This document shows positions 18,047 through 30,458 of a DNA stretch of 64,000 bases, piece by piece; position 1 is the first letter of the stretch, and each line of letters opens with the position of its first letter. The stretch lies in assembly GCA_046598735.1 (NCBI GenBank), contig JBKJIA010000466.1, positions 17,292 through 81,291 on the forward strand. The letters run 5' to 3'. Made by a program: the position numbers and the translations under genes. Source of the stretch: Polyangiales bacterium. Its GTDB lineage: Bacteria > Myxococcota_A > Polyangia > Polyangiales > DASUME01. The notes beneath the pieces were generated by a model that made no database searches, was not told the origin of the DNA, and saw only the letters and a list, made by a program, of their open reading frames with translations.

Positions 18047-20110
18047 ATGTTGGACAAGATTCCGCCAGATCGCCGCTGGATGCTGCTCATTGCTGCAGGC
18101 ATCGGCGCCGCGCTTGGCTACTACCTCAAGCCAGACCGTCCAACCGAAGGCTTGATTTACGGCCTCGTCGCAGCAGCTGGCGTCATCGTGGTCGTGTTGA
18201 ACGCAGCCGGTGGTGGCGACTTCAACGCGCTGCTCAATGCGGTCCGCGGCACGAGCGAGGGCATGCGCGCGGCGCGTCCGCTGGGCGCGGGTCCGCAAGA
18301 GGGCGCCGTGTACGACGCGCTCGATCAGCTCGCAAAGCAAGTATCAGGCCTCGACACGCGCGCGTTGGGTGCCGAAAAGAGCACGGAAGAGCGTAAGGGC
18401 GAGCTTGAACGTCTACGCACCGAATCCGAACGTTTGCGCACCGAATCCGATCGCCAGCGCAGCGAAGCCGATCGCTTTCGCGGCGATGCTGAGCGCTTTC
18501 GCGGCGATGCTGAGCGCGACAAGAGCGAAGCCGATCGCCAGCGCGTGGAAGCCGAGCGGCAGCGCAGTGAAGTCGAACGCATGCGGAGTGACATGGAGCG
18601 CTCTCGCATCGAGCTCGACGCATCACGCCGCGAAACCGATGGACTACGCCGCGAGCTCGACTCCATGAGCTCGCGTAGCGACAGCGCCACGAACGAAGCA
18701 TCACAACATCGCGAGCGCATTGGTCGTCTTGAAGCCGAGCTCAGCGGCACGCGCGGTGACGTGGAAGCCGTACGACGCGAAAACGAAGGCATGCGCGTTC
18801 GCCTCACCAGCATGCGCAACGAAGTGATGGAGCTCGAGAAGGTGGTCGGCGATTCGATCGCTGAAATCGGCGAAGGCGTCGATGAGCTTTCGGCCTCGCT
18901 CGAGCAGACCATGCGCGCGATTCACTCGCAGGCGGATGCCACGAAGGAGCTTGCGAACAACGTCGAGATGTTGGCCTCGAGCGCCGAAGAATCGAGCTCG
19001 TCCATCCTCGAGATGACTGCCACCAACGCAGAGGTTGCGGACAACATGTCGAGCCTCGGCGCAAGCGTGCGAGAGACGGTGTCTTCGATCGAAGAGATGG
19101 CGTACTCGATCAAGGAGGTTGCACGTAACGTCGACGCGCTTTCGCTCACTGCTGAAGAGACGTCGTCATCGATGAACGAAATGGACGTCTCCATCGATCA
19201 AGTGCGCTCGAATGCGAACGAGACGGCGCGCTTGTCCGAAGAAGTAGCCGTCGACGCCGAGCGCGGTGCAGAAGCCATTTTGAAGACGCTGGAAGAGGTC
19301 AATCGCATCAAGGAGACCTCGAGCGAAACCGTGAACATCATCGCTACGCTCGGTCAACGCATTGAAGCTATCGGCGATATCTTGAACGTCATCGACGACG
19401 TCGCCGAGCAGACAAACCTGCTCGCACTCAACGCTGCCATCATCGCCGCGCAGGCAGGTGAACATGGTAAGGGCTTCGCGGTCGTTGCCGATGAAATCAA
19501 GGACTTGGCCGAACGCGCCGGTGCATCGACCAAGGAGATAGCCGAGCTTATCAAGACGATTCAGGCCGAATCGAAGAACGCGATCAAAACGGTGGAACGC
19601 TCGAACGCTACCGTCGATCACGGCGTGCAGGTGTCTGCTGAAGCAGAAGCCGCCCTCAAGAAGATTTTGGATTCGTCGCAGAAGTCCACGAACATGGTGC
19701 GCGCCATCGCCCGCGCCACGGTGGAGCAGGCCAAGGGTAGTAAGCAGGTCACGGATGCGATCGGTCGTATCGCGGAAACCGTGCAGCAGATCGCAGCGGC
19801 CACGAGCGAGCAGGCGCGCGGCTCCGAGCTCATCATCAAGAGCGCAGAAAAGATGCGCGTGATTACCCAGCACGTGGAGCGCTCGTCGCAGGAGCAGGCG
19901 CGCGGCGGCAAGCAAGTTACGCAAGCCATCGAGAGCATCTCCACGATGGTCAATCAGCTTAACCAAGCGCAGCGGCAGCGCGCGGCGGAGGCCGACCAGT
20001 TGATGGCGGCGGCCAGCCGTGCACAACAACTGGTCCGCGACTTCGAACGTCAGATGCGAGCCCTCGGCAGCACGGCCGAGCGACTCCACAACATGGCGAC
20101 CACCACCTGA
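18047..20110 (+). CDS. Methyl-accepting chemotaxis protein (membrane hairpin anchor, no sensor domain, long charged repeat arm)
   Basis: 687 aa. Two closely spaced TM helices lie at about aa 11-27 and 36-52. The highly conserved MCP hairpin tip is [38 protein letters not shown]. No che genes are adjacent. Confidence 0.85.
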   Translation: MLDKIPPDRRWMLLIAAGIGAALGYYLKPDRPTEGLIYGLVAAAGVIVVVLNAAGGGDFNALLNAVRGTSEGMRAARPLGAGPQEGAVYDALDQLAKQVSGLDTRALGAEKSTEERKGELERLRTESERLRTESDRQRSEADRFRGDAERFRGDAERDKSEADRQRVEAERQRSEVERMRSDMERSRIELDASRRETDGLRRELDSMSSRSDSATNEASQHRERIGRLEAELSGTRGDVEAVRRENEGMRVRLTSMRNEVMELEKVVGDSIAEIGEGVDELSASLEQTMRAIHSQADATKELANNVEMLASSAEESSSSILEMTATNAEVADNMSSLGASVRETVSSIEEMAYSIKEVARNVDALSLTAEETSSSMNEMDVSIDQVRSNANETARLSEEVAVDAERGAEAILKTLEEVNRIKETSSETVNIIATLGQRIEAIGDILNVIDDVAEQTNLLALNAAIIAAQAGEHGKGFAVVADEIKDLAERAGASTKEIAELIKTIQAESKNAIKTVERSNATVDHGVQVSAEAEAALKKILDSSQKSTNMVRAIARATVEQAKGSKQVTDAIGRIAETVQQIAAATSEQARGSELIIKSAEKMRVITQHVERSSQEQARGGKQVTQAIESISTMVNQLNQAQRQRAAEADQLMAAASRAQQLVRDFERQMRALGSTAERLHNMATTT
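18410..18682 (+). repeat. 13 tandem 21-bp (heptad) repeats inside the MCP gene, consensus R-x-R-S/G-E/D-A-E/D
   Basis: Translation: [91 protein letters not shown]. The DNA shows exact duplicates, for example cgctttcgcggcgatgctgag twice. Confidence 0.8.
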
Positions 20111-20180
20111 CAGGCCACGAGTAGCGAGCGGCGCGGCACCTTCTGCCTGTTCCGCGAATCTGCTACACAGTCGGGAGAGC

Positions 20181-20561
20181 ATGTTCGGCATCGGCTTCGG
20201 CGAAATGTTGGTGATCGCCGTGATTCTGCTGATCGCAGTAGGACCGCGGCAGTTGCCGTCGTTGATGAAGACGGTCGGCAAAGGCATCCGTGAGGTGCGC
20301 AAGGCCTCGGGTGAGCTGCGGCGCACGGTCGGCATCGAGCAAATGCTCGCGGACGATGACCTGCGCGATCCAATGCGCGACAAAACACCGCCGCGCTACA
20401 AGCTCAAGCCCGCCGATTTGGAACGTGAATCACCGCCCGAAGGCGTGGACGTGAACGCGCTCCAGCACAAGACCGACGAAGCGGCGCGCGTAGCGGCTTC
20501 CACCAACGACGCAGCCTCCGCACCAGTCGCGCGCGATCACCCCACGAGCGAGAAGAGCTGA
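20181..20561 (+). CDS. Twin-arginine translocase TatA/TatB-family protein
   Basis: The ATG at 20181 is preceded by GGGAGAG. MFGIGFGEMLVIAVILLIAVGPRQLPSLMKTVGKGIREVRKA is the TatA/B signature. At 126 aa it could be TatB-like. The ORF-track N-terminal extension from 20019 overlaps the MCP gene and looks spurious. Confidence 0.85.
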   Translation: MFGIGFGEMLVIAVILLIAVGPRQLPSLMKTVGKGIREVRKASGELRRTVGIEQMLADDDLRDPMRDKTPPRYKLKPADLERESPPEGVDVNALQHKTDEAARVAASTNDAASAPVARDHPTSEKS

Positions 20562-21364
20562 TGGCGGCGATCGAGGAGGAGCCCGACGAGTCGGACGAGC
20601 ACATGACGTTCATCGAGCACCTCGAGGAGCTCCGCGCACGTCTGATTTCGAGCATGATTCCGATCATTCCCATGTTCATTCTGGCGTGGATGTTCCGCGA
20701 GGAGATCTTTTCGCTGCTCGTGATTCCGCTCAACGAAGCCTGGACGAGCATGGGCATGGGTAAGCCCAAGCTGCACTTCTCGAGCCCCGTGGATCCGATC
20801 GTCGTCTATCTCAAACAGTCAGGTGTCGTGGCCTTCTTAGGCTCGAGCCCGTGGGTGTTCTATCAAGCGTGGGGCTTCATCGCGCCCGGCCTGTATGCGA
20901 AAGAGAAGAAGCTCGTGATCCCGTTCGTGGCTGCAAGCACGGTCTGCTTCACGATCGGCGGCTTGTTCGGCTGGTTCTATATCTTCCCGCCCACGTTCGT
21001 GACCTTGCTCGAGTTCGCGGGCGAATTGCCCGGCGGCAAAGTCACGATCGAAGCCACGCTGATGATGGGGGAATACGTCAGCTTCATCTCGCAGATGCTG
21101 TTCGTTTTCGGCATTACGTTCGAAGTGCCGGTGGTGATCGTATTTCTCTCGTTCGCGGGCATCGTGACCGCCAAGCAACTGGTTGGCTTTGGCCGTTGGT
21201 GGCTGGTGGTCTCGAGCGTATTGGCCGCGATTCTCACGCCCACGCAGGACGCCTTGAGCATGTTGTTGTTGCTCGTGCCGCTGGTGGGCCTCTATTACGT
21301 GGCGGTGGTGGTCGCGTACTTCGTCGATCTCAAGCGCGCGCGCACGGCTGCCGCCGAAGCGTAA
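20561..21364 (+). CDS. tatC: Twin-arginine translocase subunit TatC
   Basis: 267 aa. MTFIEHLEELRARLI, six TM segments, and a 1-nt overlap with the tatA/B stop. Confidence 0.9.
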   Translation: MAAIEEEPDESDEHMTFIEHLEELRARLISSMIPIIPMFILAWMFREEIFSLLVIPLNEAWTSMGMGKPKLHFSSPVDPIVVYLKQSGVVAFLGSSPWVFYQAWGFIAPGLYAKEKKLVIPFVAASTVCFTIGGLFGWFYIFPPTFVTLLEFAGELPGGKVTIEATLMMGEYVSFISQMLFVFGITFEVPVVIVFLSFAGIVTAKQLVGFGRWWLVVSSVLAAILTPTQDALSMLLLLVPLVGLYYVAVVVAYFVDLKRARTAAAEA

Positions 21365-21381
21365 GGTCCGAGGCGCCCTAC

Positions 21382-21504
21382 CTCGCGACCTCACGCTCGC
21401 GACCTCACGCTCGCGACCTCACCCCTTGCCCCTCTCCACTCGTAAAGAGGGGAGGAGATCTGGCTCCCCTCGCCACGGAGTGGAGAGGGGTTGGGGGTGA
21501 GGTC
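21382..21504. repeat. Composite intergenic element: 3 x 14-bp tandem repeat running into a nested imperfect palindrome (possible bidirectional terminator / REP-like element)
   Basis: CTCGCGACCTCACG occurs three times (21382-21423). The outer arms are 21415-21441 (GACCTCACCCCTTGCCCCTCTCCACTC) and 21478-21504 (its complement, 24/27 matches). The inner stem is GAGGGGAG (21447-54) / CTCCCCTC (21464-71). It sits between the convergent tatC and SDR genes. Confidence 0.6.
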
Positions 21505-21524
21505 AGTTGGGCGCGAGCTCGGGT

Positions 21525-22319
21525 TCACATCTGTGGCGGATCAGCGCCGGGAATCCCGTCGGCGATCGAAAAGATATCGCCCCACAAGCTCTGGCCACCA
21601 TCGATGTAGAAGCTCTGGCCGGTGATGAAATCCGCGGCTTTGCTACCAAGGTAAACAATCAGGTGGCTGACTTCTTCGTCGCGTCCCAAGCGCTTGATCG
21701 GCGTGGCCTTGCGCCCCATCTCGAGCAACGCAGGTGGATACTGCGCGGTGCCGCTAGTTTTGATCACGCCCGGAGCCACGGCGTTGACGCGAACCCCGTA
21801 TTGCGCCCACTCGATGGCGAGGGACTTCGTCATGTTCTCTACGCCTGCACGCGCCGCGCCGGTGTGCACCATGCCTGGAAAGCCGCGCGCAATTTGGGCA
21901 ATCACATTGACGATCTTGCCACTCTTTTGCTTGATGAACGCGCGCGTGGCGACCGCATGCGTCACGTTCCAGGTGCCAAATAAGTTGTTGCGCACCACGG
22001 CCTCGAAACCCTTGAGCTGCAAATGCTCAGCCATGGTCGGAAACTGCCCGCCCGCGTTGTTCACGAGCACATCGATGCGACCGAACTGAGCGAGCACCGC
22101 GTCCACGAACTCGATCACCTGCTCGGGCAAACGCGTGTCGCAGGTCTTGGCGAAGACGTCGATGCCCATGGCAGATAGCTCGGCCTTGGCCGTGTCGAGC
22201 TTCTCTTGTTTGCGCCCGCAAATCGCTACTTTCGCGCCTAGTTTGCCGGCCTCCTCGGCCACACAGCGCCCGATCCCGCTACCGCCGCCGGTGACGACGA
22301 CTACCTGTCCCGAAAACAT
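21525..22319 (-). CDS. SDR-family oxidoreductase (enoyl/dienoyl-CoA reductase-like)
   Basis: MFSGQVVVVTGGGSGIGRCVAEEAGKLGAKVAICGR (TGxxxGxG) and the NNAG motif (VLVNNAGG). I place the start at the ATG at 22319. The ORF-track extension to 22520 has an Arg/Cys-rich, non-protein-like N-terminus. Confidence 0.85.
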   Translation of the reverse strand: MFSGQVVVVTGGGSGIGRCVAEEAGKLGAKVAICGRKQEKLDTAKAELSAMGIDVFAKTCDTRLPEQVIEFVDAVLAQFGRIDVLVNNAGGQFPTMAEHLQLKGFEAVVRNNLFGTWNVTHAVATRAFIKQKSGKIVNVIAQIARGFPGMVHTGAARAGVENMTKSLAIEWAQYGVRVNAVAPGVIKTSGTAQYPPALLEMGRKATPIKRLGRDEEVSHLIVYLGSKAADFITGQSFYIDGGQSLWGDIFSIADGIPGADPPQM

Positions 22320-22411
22320 TCCGGATGCGAATATCTGTTCCACCGTGTTTCCTCCGAGGCCGGCCGTATACCAGTTTCGTGGACCCCAAACCAGGCGATG
22401 GCACGAGCCGC

Positions 22412-23782
22412 ATGGTACGAGCGTCGTCGATGCGCGCTCTTGGCCCTGCCGATGCACTGGTCGCCTCGTGGCGGCTGTTGAAAACGCGTCCTTTGCACAC
22501 GCTGATGCTGGGCGCCGCACTGCTTACGTCGCTGTTATCAGTCGTGTGTGGCGTGGGAGCCTTCGCCGCGGCTTGGTTCTTGTGCGAGCTGTTCGCCTTA
22601 CAAATCGGCATCGGCACGGGCCAGCCACCTCTGCGCACCAAGGCCTGGCTTTGGGCCGGCTTCATTCAGGTGCTGGCGGTGCTCGTCATGAGCTCGGTGG
22701 CAGGACTAACCTTACTGTCTGTGGGGCCGGACGTGCTGCTCGGTGGAGGCCGCGTTCAAGCCAACGCCCTTGAACAGATCGGCCTGACGATCTCGCTGCT
22801 GTTGATCGCCGGCAGCCTCTCCTTGGCGCTGACCGTGCATTTTGAGCATACGCCGGCGATTCTCATCGATCGTGGCGGAGACTTGTCGTGGGCTTTACTC
22901 GAAAGCGCGCGCTTGGTCGTGCGCAGCGGCTCGCTGCGAACTTGGCTTACGAGCGGCGCCGCGCACGGTTTGCAGATTGCGCCGGCCGTGTTGGGTATTT
23001 CACTGGCCAGCGTGCTCGGCTCGATGGAAACGCTGCCCAAGTGGGCGCTGTTATTCGTGCCGTTGTGCGCGCTGTGTCTTTCGCTCGGGCAAGGCATGGT
23101 GGTGTCGAGCTATCTCGCGCTGCGCGATCAAGTCGCGACCCCACCTGCAGCGCACGATGCCGCGCGGCCCTCGAAACGTTTCGCAGCGTTGTGGACGAGT
23201 CTGCTCGCCGTCGCACTCGCCGGTCCTTTGTGCGTGAGCGGCGCCTTGCTCAGGCCCAGTCGCCCGGTGCAGAGCACGCTCGCCAAGAACGCCCGCGTGA
23301 TGCTCGAGGTCGTCGCCAAGCCCGAGCCACAACAAGAGTACATCCCTGACACCGCCTTGGCCGTACGGGTCACTCAAAAAGCCGCACGCGTGATCGCAAG
23401 CGATGGCGGTGGCGCAGGTAAGATTCCGCTATTGCCGGGACGCATCGCGCGCGTGCGTGTGGCCCGCATTTTCACGCTTCCATCGTGGGCCGAGCTGTTG
23501 CCCGCTTCGACCAGTGCGCACGCCATCGAAGTTACGCTGGAAGATGGCCGTCACTACACCACGTACATCGACGAAGCCGGCGTACGCCTCGATGATTCGG
23601 CCACGCGCCGCTTGTCTGCCCTATTGCCCGCGTGGGCCGTACTCGGCCTCGCGCTGTGTCTGGCGTGCACTGCGCTGTGGATCGCGCGCGCCCTACCCCA
23701 GCAAAAGTGGACGAGTGCCATTTGGCTTTTGCCGCCATCGTTGGTCTCGCTGTGGATCGGCTTGTGGGCAGCATTCGCCTAA
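22412..23782 (+). CDS. Hypothetical polytopic membrane protein
   Basis: The ORF track gives 22325..23782. The start is probably an internal Met (22412 or 22430), because 22325 lies 5 bp from the divergent SDR start. It has multiple hydrophobic helices, a soluble middle segment and two C-terminal TM segments. I recognise no family. Confidence 0.45.
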   Translation: MVRASSMRALGPADALVASWRLLKTRPLHTLMLGAALLTSLLSVVCGVGAFAAAWFLCELFALQIGIGTGQPPLRTKAWLWAGFIQVLAVLVMSSVAGLTLLSVGPDVLLGGGRVQANALEQIGLTISLLLIAGSLSLALTVHFEHTPAILIDRGGDLSWALLESARLVVRSGSLRTWLTSGAAHGLQIAPAVLGISLASVLGSMETLPKWALLFVPLCALCLSLGQGMVVSSYLALRDQVATPPAAHDAARPSKRFAALWTSLLAVALAGPLCVSGALLRPSRPVQSTLAKNARVMLEVVAKPEPQQEYIPDTALAVRVTQKAARVIASDGGGAGKIPLLPGRIARVRVARIFTLPSWAELLPASTSAHAIEVTLEDGRHYTTYIDEAGVRLDDSATRRLSALLPAWAVLGLALCLACTALWIARALPQQKWTSAIWLLPPSLVSLWIGLWAAFA

Positions 23783-23797
23783 CGCAAGCTGCCGTTC

Positions 23798-24025
23798 GTG
23801 TCTGACAATGAGAGCCGCCAAGCCGCCATGAAATCCGCTTACGCACGCGGCGATCATCAGCGCGCACGGAGCCTCGCCCAAGCGTTGCTCGCTAGCGATG
23901 AGGCGGAAGCCCAACAAGCAGCGACAGACGTGCTCAAAAAAACGGAGCCCGATCGGATCATCGAAGCCTTTGCGCTGCTAGGTCTCGGCGTGATCGCGTT
24001 CCTCGTGTACAACTACGTGCTGTGA
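23798..24025 (+). CDS. Small hypothetical protein with a C-terminal TM anchor
   Basis: 75 aa with a protein-like composition and a C-terminal IIEAFALLGLGVIAFLVYNYVL. It has a 4-nt overlap with the next gene. Confidence 0.4.
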   Translation: MSDNESRQAAMKSAYARGDHQRARSLAQALLASDEAEAQQAATDVLKKTEPDRIIEAFALLGLGVIAFLVYNYVL

Positions 24026-24630
24026 GCCATCGCGTCATCCCATTCTCAAGTGCGTTCCTGCTCTGCTCGCTGGCATGCGTCGTATCTTTGCCTGGCTGCG
24101 GCGCGTCACGTCCCAACACCCCTGTGCAAGAGCGGGCGACAGTGCAGCGGCTTTACCCCATGCGCATGGGGTCAGTATGGACTTACGACGTGGAAACTGG
24201 TCAGGGCTTGCCCATCCTCGCCATCACGCGCGTCACCGCCAACGACGGTCAACGCGTAGAGATCTCCTCGGGCGGAGATCCCATCCACTACGAGCTGAAA
24301 CCTGAGGGTCTGTTTCACAGCGATCGCGACGGCTACTTGCTCAAGCCACCTTTCAACAAGGGTGCCACCTGGGACGCAGGCGGCGGCGCAAGCGCTCAGA
24401 TTACCGAGATCGGCCGCAGCGTCGAAACCATGGCCGGCGCATTCACGGACTGCATCGAAGTCAGCGAGACGGGTGGCAACAATAGTAAGGTCGTACGGAC
24501 CGTGTATTGTCCGGACGTGGGCCCGGTTGAAGTCGAATCCAGCATGCACATGGATTTGAGCGGCCAAACCGCGCGGGTCGTGGCCAAGTTGCGCGGGTAC
24601 GACTTCTCCGCCGCGCTCGCCAACCCTTGA
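24022..24630 (+). CDS. Hypothetical lipoprotein
   Basis: 202 aa with a lipobox LACVVSLPGC. It is coupled to the upstream small ORF. Confidence 0.5.
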   Translation: MSHRVIPFSSAFLLCSLACVVSLPGCGASRPNTPVQERATVQRLYPMRMGSVWTYDVETGQGLPILAITRVTANDGQRVEISSGGDPIHYELKPEGLFHSDRDGYLLKPPFNKGATWDAGGGASAQITEIGRSVETMAGAFTDCIEVSETGGNNSKVVRTVYCPDVGPVEVESSMHMDLSGQTARVVAKLRGYDFSAALANP

Positions 24631-24651
24631 GTTAGAACGCAAATCCGCGAG

Positions 24652-25470
24652 TTAGAAGGCGCGCGGCGCACGGCCCGCCACGAGATCGGCGGCGCGCACG
24701 CTAAAACCAGCTTTGGTGGCCTCGTGCGTGAGCACGTAAAACCTATCGGCGAGCACGGCATCGAACACGCTCGTCGCGACGAGCGCGGGTGATATCCCTT
24801 CGTTGACGGCCTTTGTCAGCGCCGAGCGCGCGGCTTCGGCCTGCGCGTCGACCTTGCATCGATCCCCATCGCCTTCGCGCAACACGAGCGAAGTTTTGAC
24901 CCACGACGGGCACACCAGGGTTACGCCGATGGCGGTTTCTCGTTCGCGCAGATCGTGATAGAGCGCTTCGCTGAAGCCGACGACCGCGAATTTGCTCGCG
25001 CAATACGCACCCAGTCCGGCCACGGTGAGCAAGCCCGCCGCCGACGCGATGTTCACCACGTGCCCTTCGTCTGTTTGCGCCAGCATGCGCGGCACAAAGG
25101 CGCGCACGCTGTGGATCACGCCGAACAGATTCACATCGATGACACGCTCATACTCTTCGAGCGGCGTGTCCCAAGCGCTGTTCGCGTAGCCGACGCCCGC
25201 GTTGTTAATGAGTAAGTGCACCGCACCAAATCGCTCGTAGGCAGCATCCGCCAGGCTCTCGACCGAATCCGGGTCGGTCACGTCAGTCGGTACGGCTAGC
25301 ACTTGTGCGCCCAACGCCTCGAGCTCGGCCGCGGTCTCTCGTAAGCGCCCTTCGCGCTTGTCTGCGAGCACGATCTTCATCTCGCGCTTGACCGCTTCCA
25401 GCGCGACCGCGCGACCGATGCCATCCGCGCCGCCGGTCACCACTACGACTCGAGTTGAAAGCGATTTCAT
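24652..25470 (-). CDS. SDR-family oxidoreductase
   Basis: MKSLSTRVVVVTGGADGIGRAVALEA.., NNAG and YCASKFAV (YxxxK). I chose the start at the ATG at 25470; the ORF track extends to 25506. Confidence 0.85.
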   Translation of the reverse strand: MKSLSTRVVVVTGGADGIGRAVALEAVKREMKIVLADKREGRLRETAAELEALGAQVLAVPTDVTDPDSVESLADAAYERFGAVHLLINNAGVGYANSAWDTPLEEYERVIDVNLFGVIHSVRAFVPRMLAQTDEGHVVNIASAAGLLTVAGLGAYCASKFAVVGFSEALYHDLRERETAIGVTLVCPSWVKTSLVLREGDGDRCKVDAQAEAARSALTKAVNEGISPALVATSVFDAVLADRFYVLTHEATKAGFSVRAADLVAGRAPRAF

Positions 25471-25610
25471 GGTGTCCGGCGTACCACTGCTGGCTGCGCT
25501 TGGCACTGCTTCTTGGAGAACTCGCAGCGCCGTCGCTGTCCGGCCCCAAACGAATGCGACGCAGCGCCCGGAACTGGTCTAAAGTCCCCTGCGTGGCGCC
25601 TTGCCCCTGA

Positions 25611-28301
<2,691 letters not shown>

Positions 28302-28310
28302 CGCAAAACG

Positions 28311-28940
28311 TCAGAACTCCACACCGCGCCGGGCTTTGATGCCGGCTGCGTAAGCGTGCTTGATCGGGCGCATCTCCGTCACGGTGTCGGCAATGTCGAT
28401 GAGCTCCTGCTTGGCGCCGCGACCGGTCGCAATGATCGTGAGCTCGGTCGGCTTGTTGCGCAGTACTTCGACGACTTCGGCGATGGGTAAGTAGTCGTAG
28501 CCGAGCACGATATTGATCTCATCGAGCACGAGCACCTGATACTTCGGGTTCTCGCCGCGGCTCGCCTCGATCATCTCTTTGACCGCGTCCCAACCCTTGC
28601 GGGTCAGCGCGATGTCTTGCGCACGATCTTGCGTATTCCAGGTGAAACCGTCGCCAGCCACCACGTGATCGATCTCGGGGAAACGCGCAAAAGCGGCCTG
28701 TTCGCCGGTCTTCCAGGTGCCCTTGATGAACTGCACGATGCCCACGCGCTGACCGTGGCCGGCCGCACGCAGCGCGACGCCGAACCCCGCCGTGCTCTTA
28801 CCCTTACCATCGCCCGTGTTCACGATCAGCACGCCACGCTTGATCGTCTTGGAGCGCACCTCGGCGTCTTGCTCGGCTTTGAGCTTCTCCATGCGCGCTT
28901 TGTGCTCGGCGTTGAGCTGGGCTTCGTCTTGATCGGTCAC
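28311..28940 (-). CDS. cobO: Cob(I)yrinic acid a,c-diamide adenosyltransferase (CobO/BtuR type)
   Basis: 209 aa. GVLIVNTGDGKGKSTAGFGVALRAAGHGQRVGIVQFIKG and LVLDEINI are typical CobA/CobO motifs. Confidence 0.9.
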   Translation of the reverse strand: MTDQDEAQLNAEHKARMEKLKAEQDAEVRSKTIKRGVLIVNTGDGKGKSTAGFGVALRAAGHGQRVGIVQFIKGTWKTGEQAAFARFPEIDHVVAGDGFTWNTQDRAQDIALTRKGWDAVKEMIEASRGENPKYQVLVLDEINIVLGYDYLPIAEVVEVLRNKPTELTIIATGRGAKQELIDIADTVTEMRPIKHAYAAGIKARRGVEF

Positions 28941-29632
28941 GGCTTCTCCTGGGAATGGTGCGCCGCCTCGACCTTGACGCGCGCATCATCGCTAAGCCAG
29001 CGCTTGGTAGCGATATCCATGGCGCCCAAGACGCTCGCCCCGATTGCGCTACCCACGGCCGTGTGTTTACCCGCGTAAATCTGCGCATCTCCTGTCGCAG
29101 GGCATGCGACCACCACGCAGTCAGTACCGGTGCCCGTCGCAGGCTCGCCGCTGACTACACTCGCCACATCGAACGCTGCCAACGCGGCCGTGCGCGCTTC
29201 GACTACGATGGACAGCGCTTCGATCAACCCCGCGTCAGATAGAGGAACCGACACCTGACACAGGATGTTGATCGTGCCCACGGCTTGCCGCACATGCACG
29301 GCATCGCCGACACGGAGAGCATTGCCCATGCCCACGGTCGCGACGGCATGCGCAGACACGCCGTCCACTGTGCGTAAGGCTTGCGCGAACGGTGCGAGAT
29401 AACGGGCAGTCAACAGGCCCACCACCTGGCCGTAACTACGTTCTGTCAGACGATTTCGAAATAGCTGCACCGGACACGTATGCTCAGCGAGCTCTTCCCG
29501 CCGCACGAAATGCCAGACCACCTTACTGTGTTGACCCAAGCCTCCGCCGATCACGGCCCAGCTCAACGTGCGATGGGGCGTGAGTAAATCCGCTTCAAGA
29601 AAGCGCTCGTCTGCAGACAACGTCAGTCGCAT
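28937..29632 (-). CDS. cbiZ: Probable adenosylcobinamide amidohydrolase (CbiZ family)
   Basis: VGTINILCQV...EARTAAL...ATGTGTDCVVVA resembles the CbiZ family motifs as I remember them. It has a 4-nt overlap with cobO. The start is either the ATG at 29632 (avoids overlap with the upstream stop) or 29674 (ORF track). Confidence 0.5.
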   Translation of the reverse strand: MRLTLSADERFLEADLLTPHRTLSWAVIGGGLGQHSKVVWHFVRREELAEHTCPVQLFRNRLTERSYGQVVGLLTARYLAPFAQALRTVDGVSAHAVATVGMGNALRVGDAVHVRQAVGTINILCQVSVPLSDAGLIEALSIVVEARTAALAAFDVASVVSGEPATGTGTDCVVVACPATGDAQIYAGKHTAVGSAIGASVLGAMDIATKRWLSDDARVKVEAAHHSQEKP

Positions 29633-29645
29633 GTCGCGCTGCGCC

Positions 29646-30458
29646 TCAGACCTTACGCATGGCGCGCGCGGCATCGAACATCTCGACGAACGGCTGATAG
29701 GCAGCGCGGCTACTCGCTATCACCGCACCGTTGCGCACGTCCACGGTCGAACCGTCATAGCCGCGCAATCGGCCACCTGCCGCCAGCACGAGCGCTGCAC
29801 CTGCTGCGACATCCCACGGTGCTAGGCGCTGCTCCCAGTACACATCGTAAGTTCCGTCTGCAACCATCGCGAGGTCGAGCGCGGCGGAGCCACAACGTCG
29901 CACGCCACGCACGCGATTCTTGATATGCACGAACTCGCTATAGTTGTTGTCGGGATTTATGGCTCGATCGCGCGGAAAGCCAGTCGCGCAGAGCAAATCG
30001 ATCACTTCCTCGCGCTCGGCTACGCGACAAGCCTCCAGGTTGCGCATGGCGCCGCTTTCGACGCTACCGCTCCAAGTCACGCCCAGCGCAGGCGCGTGAA
30101 TCACGCCCAAAAGCGGCGCACCAGCGCGCGACAGTCCGACCGACGCGCAAAAAAAAGGATGGCCATGCGCGTAGTTCATCGTGCCATCGATCGGATCGAC
30201 GTAGAACACCAGCTCATCCGGACGATCGGCAACCGACGAGTCGTAGCTCTCTTCGGCGACCACGCGAATCTCAGGGAACGCGCGGCGCAGCTCGGCAAGG
30301 ATGTGTACCTCGCACGCGACGTCGAACTCGGTTACCAGATCGATCGCGCCCTTTTTGTGAATGGCAGTGCCCGCGCGATAACCGCGCATGGCGATTTCAC
30401 CGGCTTCGCGTGCGATGCGCTCGATCACGGGCACCATCGTGCTGAGCGGCAGGGTCAT
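29646..30458 (-). CDS. Inositol monophosphatase family protein (SuhB-like)
   Basis: 270 aa. VVAEES, YVDPIDGTMNYAHG and WDVAAGALVLAAGG are the IMPase signatures. Confidence 0.9.
   Translation of the reverse strand: MTLPLSTMVPVIERIAREAGEIAMRGYRAGTAIHKKGAIDLVTEFDVACEVHILAELRRAFPEIRVVAEESYDSSVADRPDELVFYVDPIDGTMNYAHGHPFFCASVGLSRAGAPLLGVIHAPALGVTWSGSVESGAMRNLEACRVAEREEVIDLLCATGFPRDRAINPDNNYSEFVHIKNRVRGVRRCGSAALDLAMVADGTYDVYWEQRLAPWDVAAGAALVLAAGGRLRGYDGSTVDVRNGAVIASSRAAYQPFVEMFDAARAMRKV

Noticed and set aside
18410-18682. Regularly spaced repeats that might have been CRISPR-like: the MCP 21-bp repeats, the 41.2 kb 26-bp units and the 21.4 kb 14-mers.
   Set aside because: The repeat units are contiguous or far too short, they have no unique spacers of 25-40 bp, and no cas genes are present. 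The 18.4 kb array is in-frame coding sequence.
19166-20383. Very long antisense ORFs opposite real genes. Examples are 19166..20383 (405 aa), 12038..13180 (380 aa), 30482..31714 (410 aa), 10920..11936 (338 aa) and 5309..6181 (290 aa).
   Set aside because: Their composition is Arg/Ala/Gly/His-rich and not protein-like. They mirror well-supported genes on the other strand. They are typical shadow ORFs of high-GC DNA, which is poor in stop codons.
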